Source: Myxococcales bacterium
Lineage (GTDB): Bacteria; Myxococcota_A; UBA9042
Reading direction: 5' to 3'
Assembly: GCA_037441385.1 (NCBI GenBank)
Contig: JBBISH010000018.1
Location: 1-64,000, forward strand
DNA: 64,000 bases
Made by a program: the position numbers and the translations under genes. This document shows positions 1 through 9,279 of this stretch, piece by piece; the stretch's first letter is position 1, and each line of letters begins with the position of its first letter. Under the pieces are notes generated by a model. The model did not search any database, had not been told where the DNA came from, and saw nothing but the letters and a program-made list of their open reading frames with translations.

Positions 1-1220
1 GGCGGCTCAGCCGCAGGCGGCGGTGCAACCGGGCGGCCATCGTCCGAGGGCACGCGGCGATCGGCGGCAGACGGCGGCTGGTAGCCGGGATCGGCGCTGG
101 GGCGACCGTCACTGCCGCGCGGCGGAGGCGGGATGGGCTGGGGTGGTGGGGTCCGGTCACTGCCACCGCGACCCTCGCCGCCACGCGGGGGCTCGGCAGC
201 CGGGCGACCGTCGTCCGAAGGCACGCGGCGATCGGCGGCAGATGGGGGCTGGTAACCGGGCTCGGCGCCTCCGCGACCATCGCCAGCGCGGCCGCCATCG
301 GGAGTACGGGCCGGTTCGCCACCGCGACCGGCTTCAGGCTGGCGCGGCTGCGGCCGACTGGGCGCCGCGGCATCCGACGGGATCGAGCGCGGCCGCGCAT
401 GGGGGACTTCCTCGACCGGCTGCGACCGAATCGGGGTCTGCGTCCACTGCTGCGCCTGATCGGCCGACGGGCCGCGATCGTAGGACTGGCTCGAACCGTC
501 GTGACCGCGGATGTTGCCGGCGTTCTGCACGACCACGGATTGGTTATAGATCACTGGGGCTTCCGACGGGCTGACCACCACGTGCTGCACGGGCTGGCCG
601 ACCCAGTGCTCGTGATGCACGAACACCCAGTACGAGGCCTGGCCGCCGTAGACGCTGCCGACCACGTAGCCCGGGCCCATCGGCGCCCAACCGACGCAGC
701 CACCGCCGTGGCGCCAAACGACCCAGGCCGGGGCCCAGGTATAGTCCGGGACCCACGCCCAGCCGTAGCCGGCCATCCACGTCCAACGGCCGTAGTGGTA
801 GGTCGAGCCCCAGTTTTCGTCGCTGTACCAGGTCCAGCCGTAGTCGGTGTAGACCCAGCGGCCGTAGTAGTACGGGCGCCAACCCGAGTTGCGGTTGGCG
901 TACGGGATCCAGACGCGGCCATATTCGGCGGTGTTGACCCACGCACCGTAGTACGAAAGATCGCCAAAGTACGGGTCGGGTTGGACTGCGCCGCCGCCTG
1001 CGTATCCGCCCGCAGCCGGAGCGGGCGCCGGAGTCGCGCCGTACGCCGCCGGGGGGGCGCCGTAGTAGCCACGGCTGTAGTAGCCGTCGTCGCGGTCCGA
1101 GACGTAGACCGGTCCACACGCGGCGGCGGTCAGCCCGGCAAGACCGAGCGCAACGGTCAGATGCTTTGAAATCGACGACTTGCTGTCCGTGGCCAGGGGC
1201 GAGTTGCGGTTGCTGAGCAT
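1..1220 (-). CDS. DUF6600-like Trp/Tyr/Gly-rich lipoprotein with Pro-rich repetitive tail (3' end runs off the window)
   Basis: Absent from the ORF track because it has no stop in the window. ATG at 1220 with AGGAG upstream; lipobox LTAAAC; motifs WRPYYYGRWVYTDYGWTW, YHYGRW and WGPAWVVWR..GWAP; tail repeat ADPGYQPPSAADRRVPSDDGRP. Confidence 0.8.
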   Translation of the reverse strand, partial: MLSNRNSPLATDSKSSISKHLTVALGLAGLTAAACGPVYVSDRDDGYYSRGYYGAPPAAYGATPAPAPAAGGYAGGGAVQPDPYFGDLSYYGAWVNTAEYGRVWIPYANRNSGWRPYYYGRWVYTDYGWTWYSDENWGSTYHYGRWTWMAGYGWAWVPDYTWAPAWVVWRHGGGCVGWAPMGPGYVVGSVYGGQASYWVFVHHEHWVGQPVQHVVVSPSEAPVIYNQSVVVQNAGNIRGHDGSSQSYDRGPSADQAQQWTQTPIRSQPVEEVPHARPRSIPSDAAAPSRPQPRQPEAGRGGEPARTPDGGRAGDGRGGAEPGYQPPSAADRRVPSDDGRPAAEPPRGGEGRGGSDRTPPPQPIPPPPRGSDGRPSADPGYQPPSAADRRVPSDDGRPVAPPPAAEP

Positions 1221-1503
1221 GACGTATCTCCTGCAGCTTGCGAGAACAGGGTCTCTACCTGCTGTAACGCTGGCGGCACGCATTCGATTCACACCCAAAT
1301 GCGCGCCGCCTGCAGAATCTGCCACAGATTGCCGCAGCCGTCGAAATCGGTCCGCGCGTGGCACGCCCCTGTGCAGCCGGTGGGCAGGTCCGAGGGGCGG
1401 GTGTGCGATACGTTTTCAAAGGGTTGCGTGCTGCCTTTTGAACTTTGCGGCAACCTCTGCGACGCTGCCGCGCGGCGGCCCATTCGGTGCCCGAGCGATG
1501 GTC

Positions 1504-1878
1504 ATGGCTTACGTTGTCACCCGCCTGTGTATCGACTGCCTGGACCGCGGCTGCGTCCAAGAGTGCCCGGTCGAGTGCATCTACGAAGTGGCCGACCCGG
1601 CGGAAACCCAGCTACCGCGCATGGCCTACATCCACCCCACCGAGTGCATCAACTGCGGGGCTTGCGAGCCGGCCTGCCCGTGGGGTGCGATCTTTGAAGA
1701 TCGCGAAATTCCAGAGCAGTACGCAGACGACATCGAGCTAAATGGCGCGCCGGCGCGCAAGCCCAAGCAGTTCAAGGTGGCCAAGCCGCAGCGCGACGAC
1801 GAAGGACGCCTGGTGATTGCACCCAAGCCAACGGCCGAGGAGATCGACGCCAATATCGCCAAGTGGAAGAAACTATGA
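1504..1878 (+). CDS. Dicluster (7Fe/8Fe, FdxA-like) ferredoxin
   Basis: MAYVV start; CIDCLDRGCVQECP and CINCGACEPACP motifs. Confidence 0.9.
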   Translation: MAYVVTRLCIDCLDRGCVQECPVECIYEVADPAETQLPRMAYIHPTECINCGACEPACPWGAIFEDREIPEQYADDIELNGAPARKPKQFKVAKPQRDDEGRLVIAPKPTAEEIDANIAKWKKL

Positions 1879-3128
1879 GGCATATGTGGCAACATTGGCT
1901 CTGTGTGGCGGCAACGTGGCTGCTGGTTGGCTGCGGGGCCGCTCAGGTCGCGGGGCCGGCCAAGACACCGCTGGAAGACGCGATCGCCGACCGCGAGGCG
2001 GGCCGCCTGCCGCAAGCAGAGGCCAAGCTGCAAGAATTGGCCGAACAGGGGGACGAGCGCGCCCGGCTGGAGTGGTTCGAGACGCTGCTGCTGCGCGGCA
2101 AGCATGCCCAAGCCGTGGAGCGGATGAAGCCGATGTTCGAGCAACATCGCGAGGATCCCCGTTGGATTTTGCTGCTCGCGCGCGCGCACGATGGCGCCGG
2201 CAACGCGGACGAGGCGATCGCGCTGTATTCTCGGCTGCTGCAGATGACGCCAAGCGATACCGCGCTGGCCCTGCGGTTGGCCGAGTTGATGGTCAGCCGC
2301 GGCGATGTGGTGAGCGCGGGGACGGTGGCCGAAGCGGCCCTGCAACGTGAGCCCGACCATGTGGGCCTGTTGATTGCCTATTCGCGGGCGCTGCTGGGTC
2401 GCGGTCGCCTGCCGCAAGCCCTGGCCAACGCGCAGCGCGCCACGGTGCTCGCTCCCGCCGATCCCCAGGCTTGGTACCAACTTGCGCAAGTGCAGATGCT
2501 GCTGGGCGAACTGGACAAGGCCCGCGACGCGCTGCAACAAGCGGTCAAGATCGACCCCAATTTTGGCGACGCGCTGCGCGATCTGGGCATCGTGCTGATG
2601 GAGCTGGGCGACACCCCCAAGGCGGTGCAGGTGCTGCGCCAGGCGACTCAGGTTTCGCCCGACAGCGCGGTGGTTTGGACCGCCCTTGGCATGGCCCGGC
2701 ACCGCGACAAAGATCTGGTGGGGGCGATCGCGGCGCTAGAAACGGCGCTGCGCTTGCGGCCCCAGGCGGTGCAGGCTTACGTGAGCCTGGCCGAGGTGAC
2801 GCTGGACAACGGCCAGCCGCGGCGCGCCCTGACAGAGGCCCGCAAAGCGCGGGATCGGCTGGGAAGTCAGGCCAACGCCGAAGTGCGCGCCCGCGTGGAG
2901 GCCCTGCTGCTGCGCGCGATCGTGGTCGCCAACCTGGCCGATGCGCTGTGCCGCGGCCAGAGCGATCCCGAGCTGGTGCAGGCCGAGATCACCAAGGAAC
3001 TCAAGGATGAAGGTCTTGAGCGTTTGACCAAGGATGTGACCAAGGTGGCCGCGGACGCCACCCAGCACATCCGGGCCGCTCAGGCCCGCTGCGCCGCGCC
3101 GGCCGCCAAGCCCGCCGCCAACCCCTGA
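1875..3128 (+). CDS. TPR-repeat lipoprotein
   Basis: Lipobox LLVGC; many TPR-like units (AWYQLAQV..ALQQAVKIDP); ATGA overlap with the ferredoxin stop. Confidence 0.85.
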   Translation: MRHMWQHWLCVAATWLLVGCGAAQVAGPAKTPLEDAIADREAGRLPQAEAKLQELAEQGDERARLEWFETLLLRGKHAQAVERMKPMFEQHREDPRWILLLARAHDGAGNADEAIALYSRLLQMTPSDTALALRLAELMVSRGDVVSAGTVAEAALQREPDHVGLLIAYSRALLGRGRLPQALANAQRATVLAPADPQAWYQLAQVQMLLGELDKARDALQQAVKIDPNFGDALRDLGIVLMELGDTPKAVQVLRQATQVSPDSAVVWTALGMARHRDKDLVGAIAALETALRLRPQAVQAYVSLAEVTLDNGQPRRALTEARKARDRLGSQANAEVRARVEALLLRAIVVANLADALCRGQSDPELVQAEITKELKDEGLERLTKDVTKVAADATQHIRAAQARCAAPAAKPAANP

Positions 3129-3149
3129 CCCGCCGCCAAGCAGGTGCCC

Positions 3150-4100
3150 ATGCCCGCCCAAGACACCGACCGCCCCGAGTTGCGCTGCCAACAAATCGTC
3201 GCCGCTGTTGAACAAGTATTCGTAGGCAAGCGAGAGGTGGTGGAACTGGTGATGATCGCAGTGCTTGCCCGCGGTCACGTGCTCTTCGAGGACGTGCCCG
3301 GTGTGGGCAAGACCACCCTGGCGCGCACGTTTGCCCACGTGCTGGGCCTGACCCACAACCGCATCCAGTTCGCTTCGGACCTGTTGCCCGCCGACATCGT
3401 GGGCGTGGGCATCTACGATCAAGAGACGCGGCAGTTTGAGTTCAAGCCCGGCCCGGTGTTTTGCCACGTGTTGTTGGCCGACGAGATCAACCGCACCACG
3501 CCGCGCACGCAGTCGGCACTGCTCGAGGCGATGGCGGAAGCGCGCGCCACGGTGGACGGCGTCACCCACGACCTGCCGCGGCCGCACCTGGTGCTGGCGA
3601 CGCAGAATCCACGGGAATTTCATGGGACTTTTCCGCTGCCCGAGTCGCAGCTCGATCGCTTTTTGGTGCGCACCTCGGTGGGCTACCTAGAGGCCGACGC
3701 CGAAATGGCGCTGATCGCCCGCCACGGCGCACCCGCGCAACTGCCCGAACCGGCTGCGGATGCCACCGTGGTCGAGCAGCTCATCGCCAGTGCCGAAGCC
3801 GTGCGAGTGGCGCCCGAAGTGCTGAGCTATCTGCACGCGCTGGTGCAGGCGACCCGCAACCACCGCGCCCTGGAGCTGGGGCTGTCGACGCGGGCGGCGA
3901 TTGGCCTGTACCGCGCGGTGCAAGCGCGGGCGCTAGTCAAGGGCCGCACCTTTGCCACCCCGGACGACATCCAACAGTTGTTCGTGCCGGTTGCGAATCA
4001 CAGAGTGGTGCTGGCCGGGCTGGCCGGGCAAGCTGGCGAGCGCACCGCGGTGGAGTCGGTGCTGCACCAGATCGTCGAGTCGGTGCCGGCGCCTGTGTAG
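3150..4100 (+). CDS. MoxR family AAA+ ATPase
   Basis: EDVPGVGKT, RIQFASDLLPADI, LLADEINR, ATQNP and LPESQLDRF motifs. Confidence 0.95.
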   Translation: MPAQDTDRPELRCQQIVAAVEQVFVGKREVVELVMIAVLARGHVLFEDVPGVGKTTLARTFAHVLGLTHNRIQFASDLLPADIVGVGIYDQETRQFEFKPGPVFCHVLLADEINRTTPRTQSALLEAMAEARATVDGVTHDLPRPHLVLATQNPREFHGTFPLPESQLDRFLVRTSVGYLEADAEMALIARHGAPAQLPEPAADATVVEQLIASAEAVRVAPEVLSYLHALVQATRNHRALELGLSTRAAIGLYRAVQARALVKGRTFATPDDIQQLFVPVANHRVVLAGLAGQAGERTAVESVLHQIVESVPAPV

Positions 4101-4130
4101 GCGGCGACGACTCGCCCAAAGGACAGGCAC

Positions 4131-4673
4131 GTGGAACAGCGAATTCGTGATATTTTGATGGAGCTTGGCGAGGATCCGGCCCGTGACGGACTGGTCAAGA
4201 CGCCGCACCGCGTGGCCAAGGCCCTGCGCGACTTGACGGCTGGCTACCAAGAAGACCCGTTGGCGATCTTGCGATCGGCGCTTTTCGAAGTGGACAACGA
4301 GGAGATCGTGCTGGTCCGCGACATCGACTTCGCCAGCTTGTGCGAACACCACATGTTGCCGTTCATGGGCCGGGCTCACGTGGCGTACCTGCCGCGCGGC
4401 CGCGTGGTGGGCCTGAGCAAGCTGGCGCGGGTGGTCGACGTGTTTGCCCGGCGCCTGCAAGTGCAAGAGCGTATGACGACCCAGATCGCCCAGGCGCTGC
4501 AAGAAGGCTTGGAGCCGGCTGGGGTCGGCGTAGTCATCGAGGCCACCCACATGTGCATGGTGATGCGCGGCGTCAAAAAGCCCAACGCCGTAACGGTGAC
4601 CTCGGCGATGTTCGGCGCCTTCCGCGACGATCCGGCCACGCGCGCCGAGCTGATGAAGCTGGTGATTCGCTAG
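4131..4673 (+). CDS. folE: GTP cyclohydrolase I
   Basis: [24 protein letters not shown] and HMCMVMRGV motifs. Confidence 0.97.
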   Translation: MEQRIRDILMELGEDPARDGLVKTPHRVAKALRDLTAGYQEDPLAILRSALFEVDNEEIVLVRDIDFASLCEHHMLPFMGRAHVAYLPRGRVVGLSKLARVVDVFARRLQVQERMTTQIAQALQEGLEPAGVGVVIEATHMCMVMRGVKKPNAVTVTSAMFGAFRDDPATRAELMKLVIR

Positions 4674-4755
4674 CCACCGCGGTTGCGGTGCCTGCCCGCT
4701 TTGAGTAGCTTGCCCGCTGGCGGTCGGCAGCGTGCGATGCGCCCTACGTGACGGC

Positions 4756-6018
4756 ATGGCAAGCAGCAAGCTTTTCGCCCTTTTTGTTGGTTTGGTCGTG
4801 CTGGTCGGGGCTGGCTGTGGCGACGGGCTAGAAGACAGCCCAACTGCAGACGCCGCTTCGAGTTTTGATGGCGCCGCCGCCAGCGGCGAAGTGGTGGCAG
4901 GCTGCCCGCCGGGCTTTGCCGGCTGCCAGGCGGGCGAACGCTGGGTCTGCAACGACCAGGGCAGCGGCTTCCAAAAACAGCCTTGCGCAACGGGCACTTT
5001 CTGCAGCGAAGGCCTGTGTGTGGCCTGCGCGGCGGACCATCCGTGCCAAGACGGCCAGGCCTGCGTCGACGGGAAGTGTCAGGTCGCGCCCCTAGAGGTC
5101 GCCACCAAGGCGCTGCCCGACGCACTGGTCGGCCAAGCTTATGCCGCGCAACTGCAAGGCAAAGGCGGCGTGCCGCCCTACAGCTGGAAGCTGAGCCAAG
5201 GCGCCCTGCCCGCGGGAATCCTACTCAACGAGTCGGGTGCGCTCGCCGGGGCCGCCAGCGCGGGGGGCAGCTTCAGCTTCCAAGTCGAACTGCGCGATAG
5301 TGCAAGCAAAACCGCCCAGCAGATCCTGGTGTTGGACGTCAAGGCCGGCGGGCTGGTGATCAGCACCACTTCGCCCCTGCCTACGGCCACCGAAGGGGAG
5401 GCCTATGCCACGCAGTTGGCGGCACAGGGTGGAACACCGCCGTATTACTGGGGAATCGCAGGCGGCAAGTTACCCAAGGGCCTGAGCCTGGGCAGCGACG
5501 GCAGTATCGGCGGCACACCCAGCGAGGACGGAGACTTTCCCTTTACGGTCAAGGTATTCGACAACGGAACGCCGCCGCTCACTGCACAAAAGGACCTGGT
5601 GTTGCCCATCAAGCTGGCGCCGCTGCAGATCGTGGGGGCCCAGGAACTGAACCTTTTCATCACCAAGATCATTGTGTTGCCGCTGATCATCGTGGTCGAC
5701 AAGGTACCGGTGCCGTACAGCGCCAAGCTGGAGGCCAAGGGCGGCAAAAAGCCCTACGCCTGGAGCGAGACGCCGCTCCCCAGCGTGGTCAAGAACTTCT
5801 TGCCCAAGTCCGGAATTCCGGCCGGGCTCACCCTGGCCAAAGACGGCAGCATCAGCGGCGGTGTGAGCGACGCCAGCCTGGTGTTCGAGCTGAAAGTGCC
5901 GCTGAGCCCCTTGGTACTCAAAGGCTTTTTCTTTGCCGCCCAAGTCAGCGACAGCCAAAGCAAGCCCGAGACCAAGCAGGCGCTCTTCATCATCCCCACG
6001 GTGCCGATCGGCAACTGA
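4756..6018 (+). CDS. Lipoprotein with Cys-rich segment and putative Ig (He_PIG-like) repeats
   Basis: Lipobox GAGC; repeated GG.PPY.W....G.LP.GL.L..DG.I.GTP units. Confidence 0.85.
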   Translation: MASSKLFALFVGLVVLVGAGCGDGLEDSPTADAASSFDGAAASGEVVAGCPPGFAGCQAGERWVCNDQGSGFQKQPCATGTFCSEGLCVACAADHPCQDGQACVDGKCQVAPLEVATKALPDALVGQAYAAQLQGKGGVPPYSWKLSQGALPAGILLNESGALAGAASAGGSFSFQVELRDSASKTAQQILVLDVKAGGLVISTTSPLPTATEGEAYATQLAAQGGTPPYYWGIAGGKLPKGLSLGSDGSIGGTPSEDGDFPFTVKVFDNGTPPLTAQKDLVLPIKLAPLQIVGAQELNLFITKIIVLPLIIVVDKVPVPYSAKLEAKGGKKPYAWSETPLPSVVKNFLPKSGIPAGLTLAKDGSISGGVSDASLVFELKVPLSPLVLKGFFFAAQVSDSQSKPETKQALFIIPTVPIGN

Positions 6019-6080
6019 CGGTGACGCGCGATGGTCACGCAAGCTGGTCTCGCAAGCAGGTCAACTGCAAGGCGTTTGCC

Positions 6081-6488
6081 ATGGATGAACTGACCGCCGC
6101 CGTGCGCGCGGTGCCGCTGTGGGCGTGGCCGGTGGCGGCGGCGCTCAGCACCGTGATCAGCCTGATTGCAGTGACGGCGGCGTTCGTGCGGCTGCCGGCG
6201 GACTACTTTGTGGCGGATCGGCCGCCGCACCCGCTGCCCCTGGCGCAGCGTCTGCTGTGGAACCTGCTGGGGCTGATTCTGCTGGTGGTGGGCGGCGTGA
6301 TGAGCCTGCCGGGCGTGCCAGGCCAGGGCCTGCTGACGATCCTGGCGGGGCTGCTTTTGATGGATATCCCCGGCAAGCAGCGCTTGGAGCGGCGGCTGTT
6401 GGCCAAGCCGGCCTTGCGCGGCACCATCGATCGCCTGCGCGTCCGCTGGCACCGGCCGCCGCTGCTGCCACCCTTTCCGCAACCGTAA
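6081..6488 (+). CDS. PGPGW-like small membrane protein
   Basis: Hydrophobic helices with LPGVPGQGLLTIL. Confidence 0.75.
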   Translation: MDELTAAVRAVPLWAWPVAAALSTVISLIAVTAAFVRLPADYFVADRPPHPLPLAQRLLWNLLGLILLVVGGVMSLPGVPGQGLLTILAGLLLMDIPGKQRLERRLLAKPALRGTIDRLRVRWHRPPLLPPFPQP

Positions 6489-6518
6489 AGCGCACTTGCG
6501 CGCCCTATCGCGAGGCCT

Positions 6519-7637
6519 ATGTCGATGTACGAATTGCCGCAACTGATCCTGCACGGCACGCCCCGCCATATGGGCGAGCAGCACGGCACGGCCCTGGCGG
6601 CGCAGATCCGCGAATTTGTGGCGATGCGCTTTGCGGCGACCGCCGAATTCTTGACGGCGCTGGGGCATCCGTCGCTGGGGCCGCTGATCGAGGTGGCCCG
6701 CCAAAGCCTGACCGTGTACGCCGGCTGGCACCCCGAAGGCTACGAGGAACACTGCGGAATCGCCCGTGGCGCCGGCGTGGATGCGGCCGAGCTGTACGCC
6801 GCCGCCAACATGACCGACATGCGCGATGCCCTGGCCTATGCAGAGCACGTGGGCAGTGCCGCGCAGGTGCCCCATGGCGTGCCCGCGGATGGCGAGGGCT
6901 GCTCCACGGTGCTGTTGCCCGGCGCTTGGACGGCCAGCGGCCAGCAACTGGTGGCGCAGACATGGGATTTGAACCCGCAGGATCTGGACTACGTGGTCGC
7001 GATCCACCGCAGGCCAGAGCGCGGGCCGGCGACCTGGTCGGTGACCTGCACCGGCTGTCTGTCGCTCGTCGGCATGAATTCCGCTGGCTTGTCGGTTGGA
7101 ACGACCAACATCAAGACGCAGGGTTCGCGGCCGGGCGTGGGCTACATGGGCATCCTGCACAGAATGTTATCGTGCGATAACTTTGCCGACGCGGCGAACG
7201 CCTGCACGCACGCACCGCGGGCGGCGGCCCACACCTACTGGCTGGCCGACGGCGAACATCTGGCCGATTGGGAGACCACGGCCTGGAGCGTCCGCCAGCG
7301 CCACCACGGCGAACAGCCGCTGGTGCGGACCAACCACTGCCTGATCGAGGCGCACGCTCGCTGCGAAGTCGAGGCGCCGTCGTCGTCGAGCCGCGCGCGC
7401 CTGCAGCGGCTGCGCCAGCAAGTTGTGCAAAGTCATGCCCACGATCTGGCGACGTTGAAACAGCTTTTCTCGGATCGCAGCGACGGGGTCGACAGCATCA
7501 ACCGGTTGCCCGAAGATGACCAGGGCACTGCCACCAACAGCGTGGTGATCTGCGAGCCGGCCTCGCGCCGGATGTGGGCCTGCCGCGGACCGGCGGATCG
7601 CGGTCACTGGTACGAACTGGGCTTTGCCGGAGCGTGA
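6519..7637 (+). CDS. C45 family Ntn-hydrolase (isopenicillin-N acyltransferase-like)
   Basis: G-C autoprocessing site EGCST; QTWD, GMNSAGL and TNH motifs. Confidence 0.85.
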   Translation: MSMYELPQLILHGTPRHMGEQHGTALAAQIREFVAMRFAATAEFLTALGHPSLGPLIEVARQSLTVYAGWHPEGYEEHCGIARGAGVDAAELYAAANMTDMRDALAYAEHVGSAAQVPHGVPADGEGCSTVLLPGAWTASGQQLVAQTWDLNPQDLDYVVAIHRRPERGPATWSVTCTGCLSLVGMNSAGLSVGTTNIKTQGSRPGVGYMGILHRMLSCDNFADAANACTHAPRAAAHTYWLADGEHLADWETTAWSVRQRHHGEQPLVRTNHCLIEAHARCEVEAPSSSSRARLQRLRQQVVQSHAHDLATLKQLFSDRSDGVDSINRLPEDDQGTATNSVVICEPASRRMWACRGPADRGHWYELGFAGA

Positions 7638-7644
7638 GGGAACC

Positions 7645-7956
7645 ATGGAACTGGGTTTGTTGCTGCTGGCGGTGTTGGGCCTGGTGGTCGCTTTTGCGCT
7701 GATGGGCGCAGTGCTCAAGGTGATTTCGGCGCTCATCTCGGGGTTGGTGATCGGCGCCTTGGCGCGAGCGGTGCTGCCCGGCGAGCAAGACATTGGCCTG
7801 GCCCGCACCTTGGGCTACGGTATGGTGGGCGCGCTGGTGGGCGGGCTCGTCGCCGACCAGATGCACCTGATGTGGCTGTTTCGCCTGGGGGTGCAGGTGG
7901 CGCTGGCGGCGGGTCTGGTGGCCGTTACTTCGCGCAACCGGCTCAAGGGCCCATAA
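7645..7956 (+). CDS. GlsB/YeaQ/YmgE-like small membrane protein
   Basis: GLVIGALARAVLPG...GMVGALVGG pattern. Confidence 0.75.
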   Translation: MELGLLLLAVLGLVVAFALMGAVLKVISALISGLVIGALARAVLPGEQDIGLARTLGYGMVGALVGGLVADQMHLMWLFRLGVQVALAAGLVAVTSRNRLKGP

Positions 7957-7962
7957 CTCCGC

Positions 7963-9159
7963 ATGAATGCTGAAGGAAGCCGCCGCAATCTGGTGCACGA
8001 GGCCTTTGGCACGTGCCGCGAGTGTGGCTCCTTTGTCGATCGTCGCGCCGGACATTGCCCCCAGTGCGGGCTGGCGGGGCCGCTGTCGGCATGGCGGCAG
8101 GCGCGCGCCAAGTACATGACTTGGAACGAGATCGGCGCTTGGTTGGGCGGCCTGGCCGGGCTATGGTTGGGGGCGGTGTTTGGCTCGCTGCTCTCGGCGG
8201 TGTGGCGGCTGCCCGGCTGGTCCGGGGTGCTGGCCTGGTTGGCCCTGCCGGCAGCAGCGGTGGCCGGCGGGCTGGTCGGCTGGATGATCCGCAACAAACA
8301 AGGCATGTTGCAGGGTAGCGCCGTGGGGGCAATGCTGGCGTTGGTGGCGACGCGGCCGTTCAAGGCGTGGCTGGCTGCCTCCGCTGGGGGGATGGTCGGC
8401 GCGGCGGTGGCGGTGGTGGCCGGGGTGCTGGTGGGCCGCAGCCATCTGGCGCGCTGGGCCGAGCAGAAATTCGACCGGCACTTGCCCCAGTCGCCCATGC
8501 AGGTGCTGCGCGGGCTGCAACAGCGCATCGCCGAACTGGACGAGTCGGCCAGACGGATCAAGGACTTGCACGTCCGCGTAGAGGAGCGGCTGCTGCCCGA
8601 ACGGCGCGAGGCTGTCCAGGCGACCTTGGCGGCGGCGCAGGCGGCCACAGAGCGGCAGCGGGCGCGGTTGGAGGTCGAAGTCTGGCGCGCCCAAGTGGCG
8701 CAGTGGCAGAACCAGTTGCAGCCGGTCCTGGCGGTGTGGCGCAAGTTGGGCGACCACGACGCCGAGCTGGAACACGCCCGCGTCGAGCGCGCCGCCGGAC
8801 AGCTGCAGGGGTGGATCGACGCGTGGCAAACTCGCGACGAAGCGAGCACTGATCGCGGCACCCAGGTGCTGGCCCACGCCAGGCGACTCTTGCAGGCTTG
8901 CGGCCAACTGGGCCAGGCGCTGCTGGTGCGGCAGGCATTGGCGCTGGCGGCGAATTCCCCAGGGCCGGCAGAGGCTTTTGCGGCCACCGGCCTGGTGCGC
9001 GAGACCCAGGACCAGTTGGATCTGCTGCGCGGACGCCAGGATTTTGGCGAGTACCTGAGCAGTGCCGCCGACCTGCGCGACGAAGCGCTGCGCCTGCGGG
9101 CCGAGCAGGCCGCCATCGACGAGGTGGAGCAGATGCTGGTCGCCGCGCCGCAAACCTGA
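7963..9159 (+). CDS. Hypothetical membrane protein: N-terminal zinc ribbon, TM helices, coiled-coil C-terminus
   Basis: CRECG..CPQCG; Gly-rich TM segments; helical C-terminus. Confidence 0.7.
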   Translation: MNAEGSRRNLVHEAFGTCRECGSFVDRRAGHCPQCGLAGPLSAWRQARAKYMTWNEIGAWLGGLAGLWLGAVFGSLLSAVWRLPGWSGVLAWLALPAAAVAGGLVGWMIRNKQGMLQGSAVGAMLALVATRPFKAWLAASAGGMVGAAVAVVAGVLVGRSHLARWAEQKFDRHLPQSPMQVLRGLQQRIAELDESARRIKDLHVRVEERLLPERREAVQATLAAAQAATERQRARLEVEVWRAQVAQWQNQLQPVLAVWRKLGDHDAELEHARVERAAGQLQGWIDAWQTRDEASTDRGTQVLAHARRLLQACGQLGQALLVRQALALAANSPGPAEAFAATGLVRETQDQLDLLRGRQDFGEYLSSAADLRDEALRLRAEQAAIDEVEQMLVAAPQT

Positions 9160-9279
9160 ACGCTTTCGAAGACAAAGACGCTCAGCGTCGGCAACGGGCA
9201 GCGCTCGCAACCTGCGGTTGACAGGCTCGCCCCAACCGGCCGATCCTAGCGCGCCGCACTGGCGACCCAAGGAGCTGCG

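Noticed and set aside
1359..1376. Sigma-54 promoter TGGCACG upstream of the ferredoxin
   Set aside because: The -12 TGC is off by one base from the required spacing.
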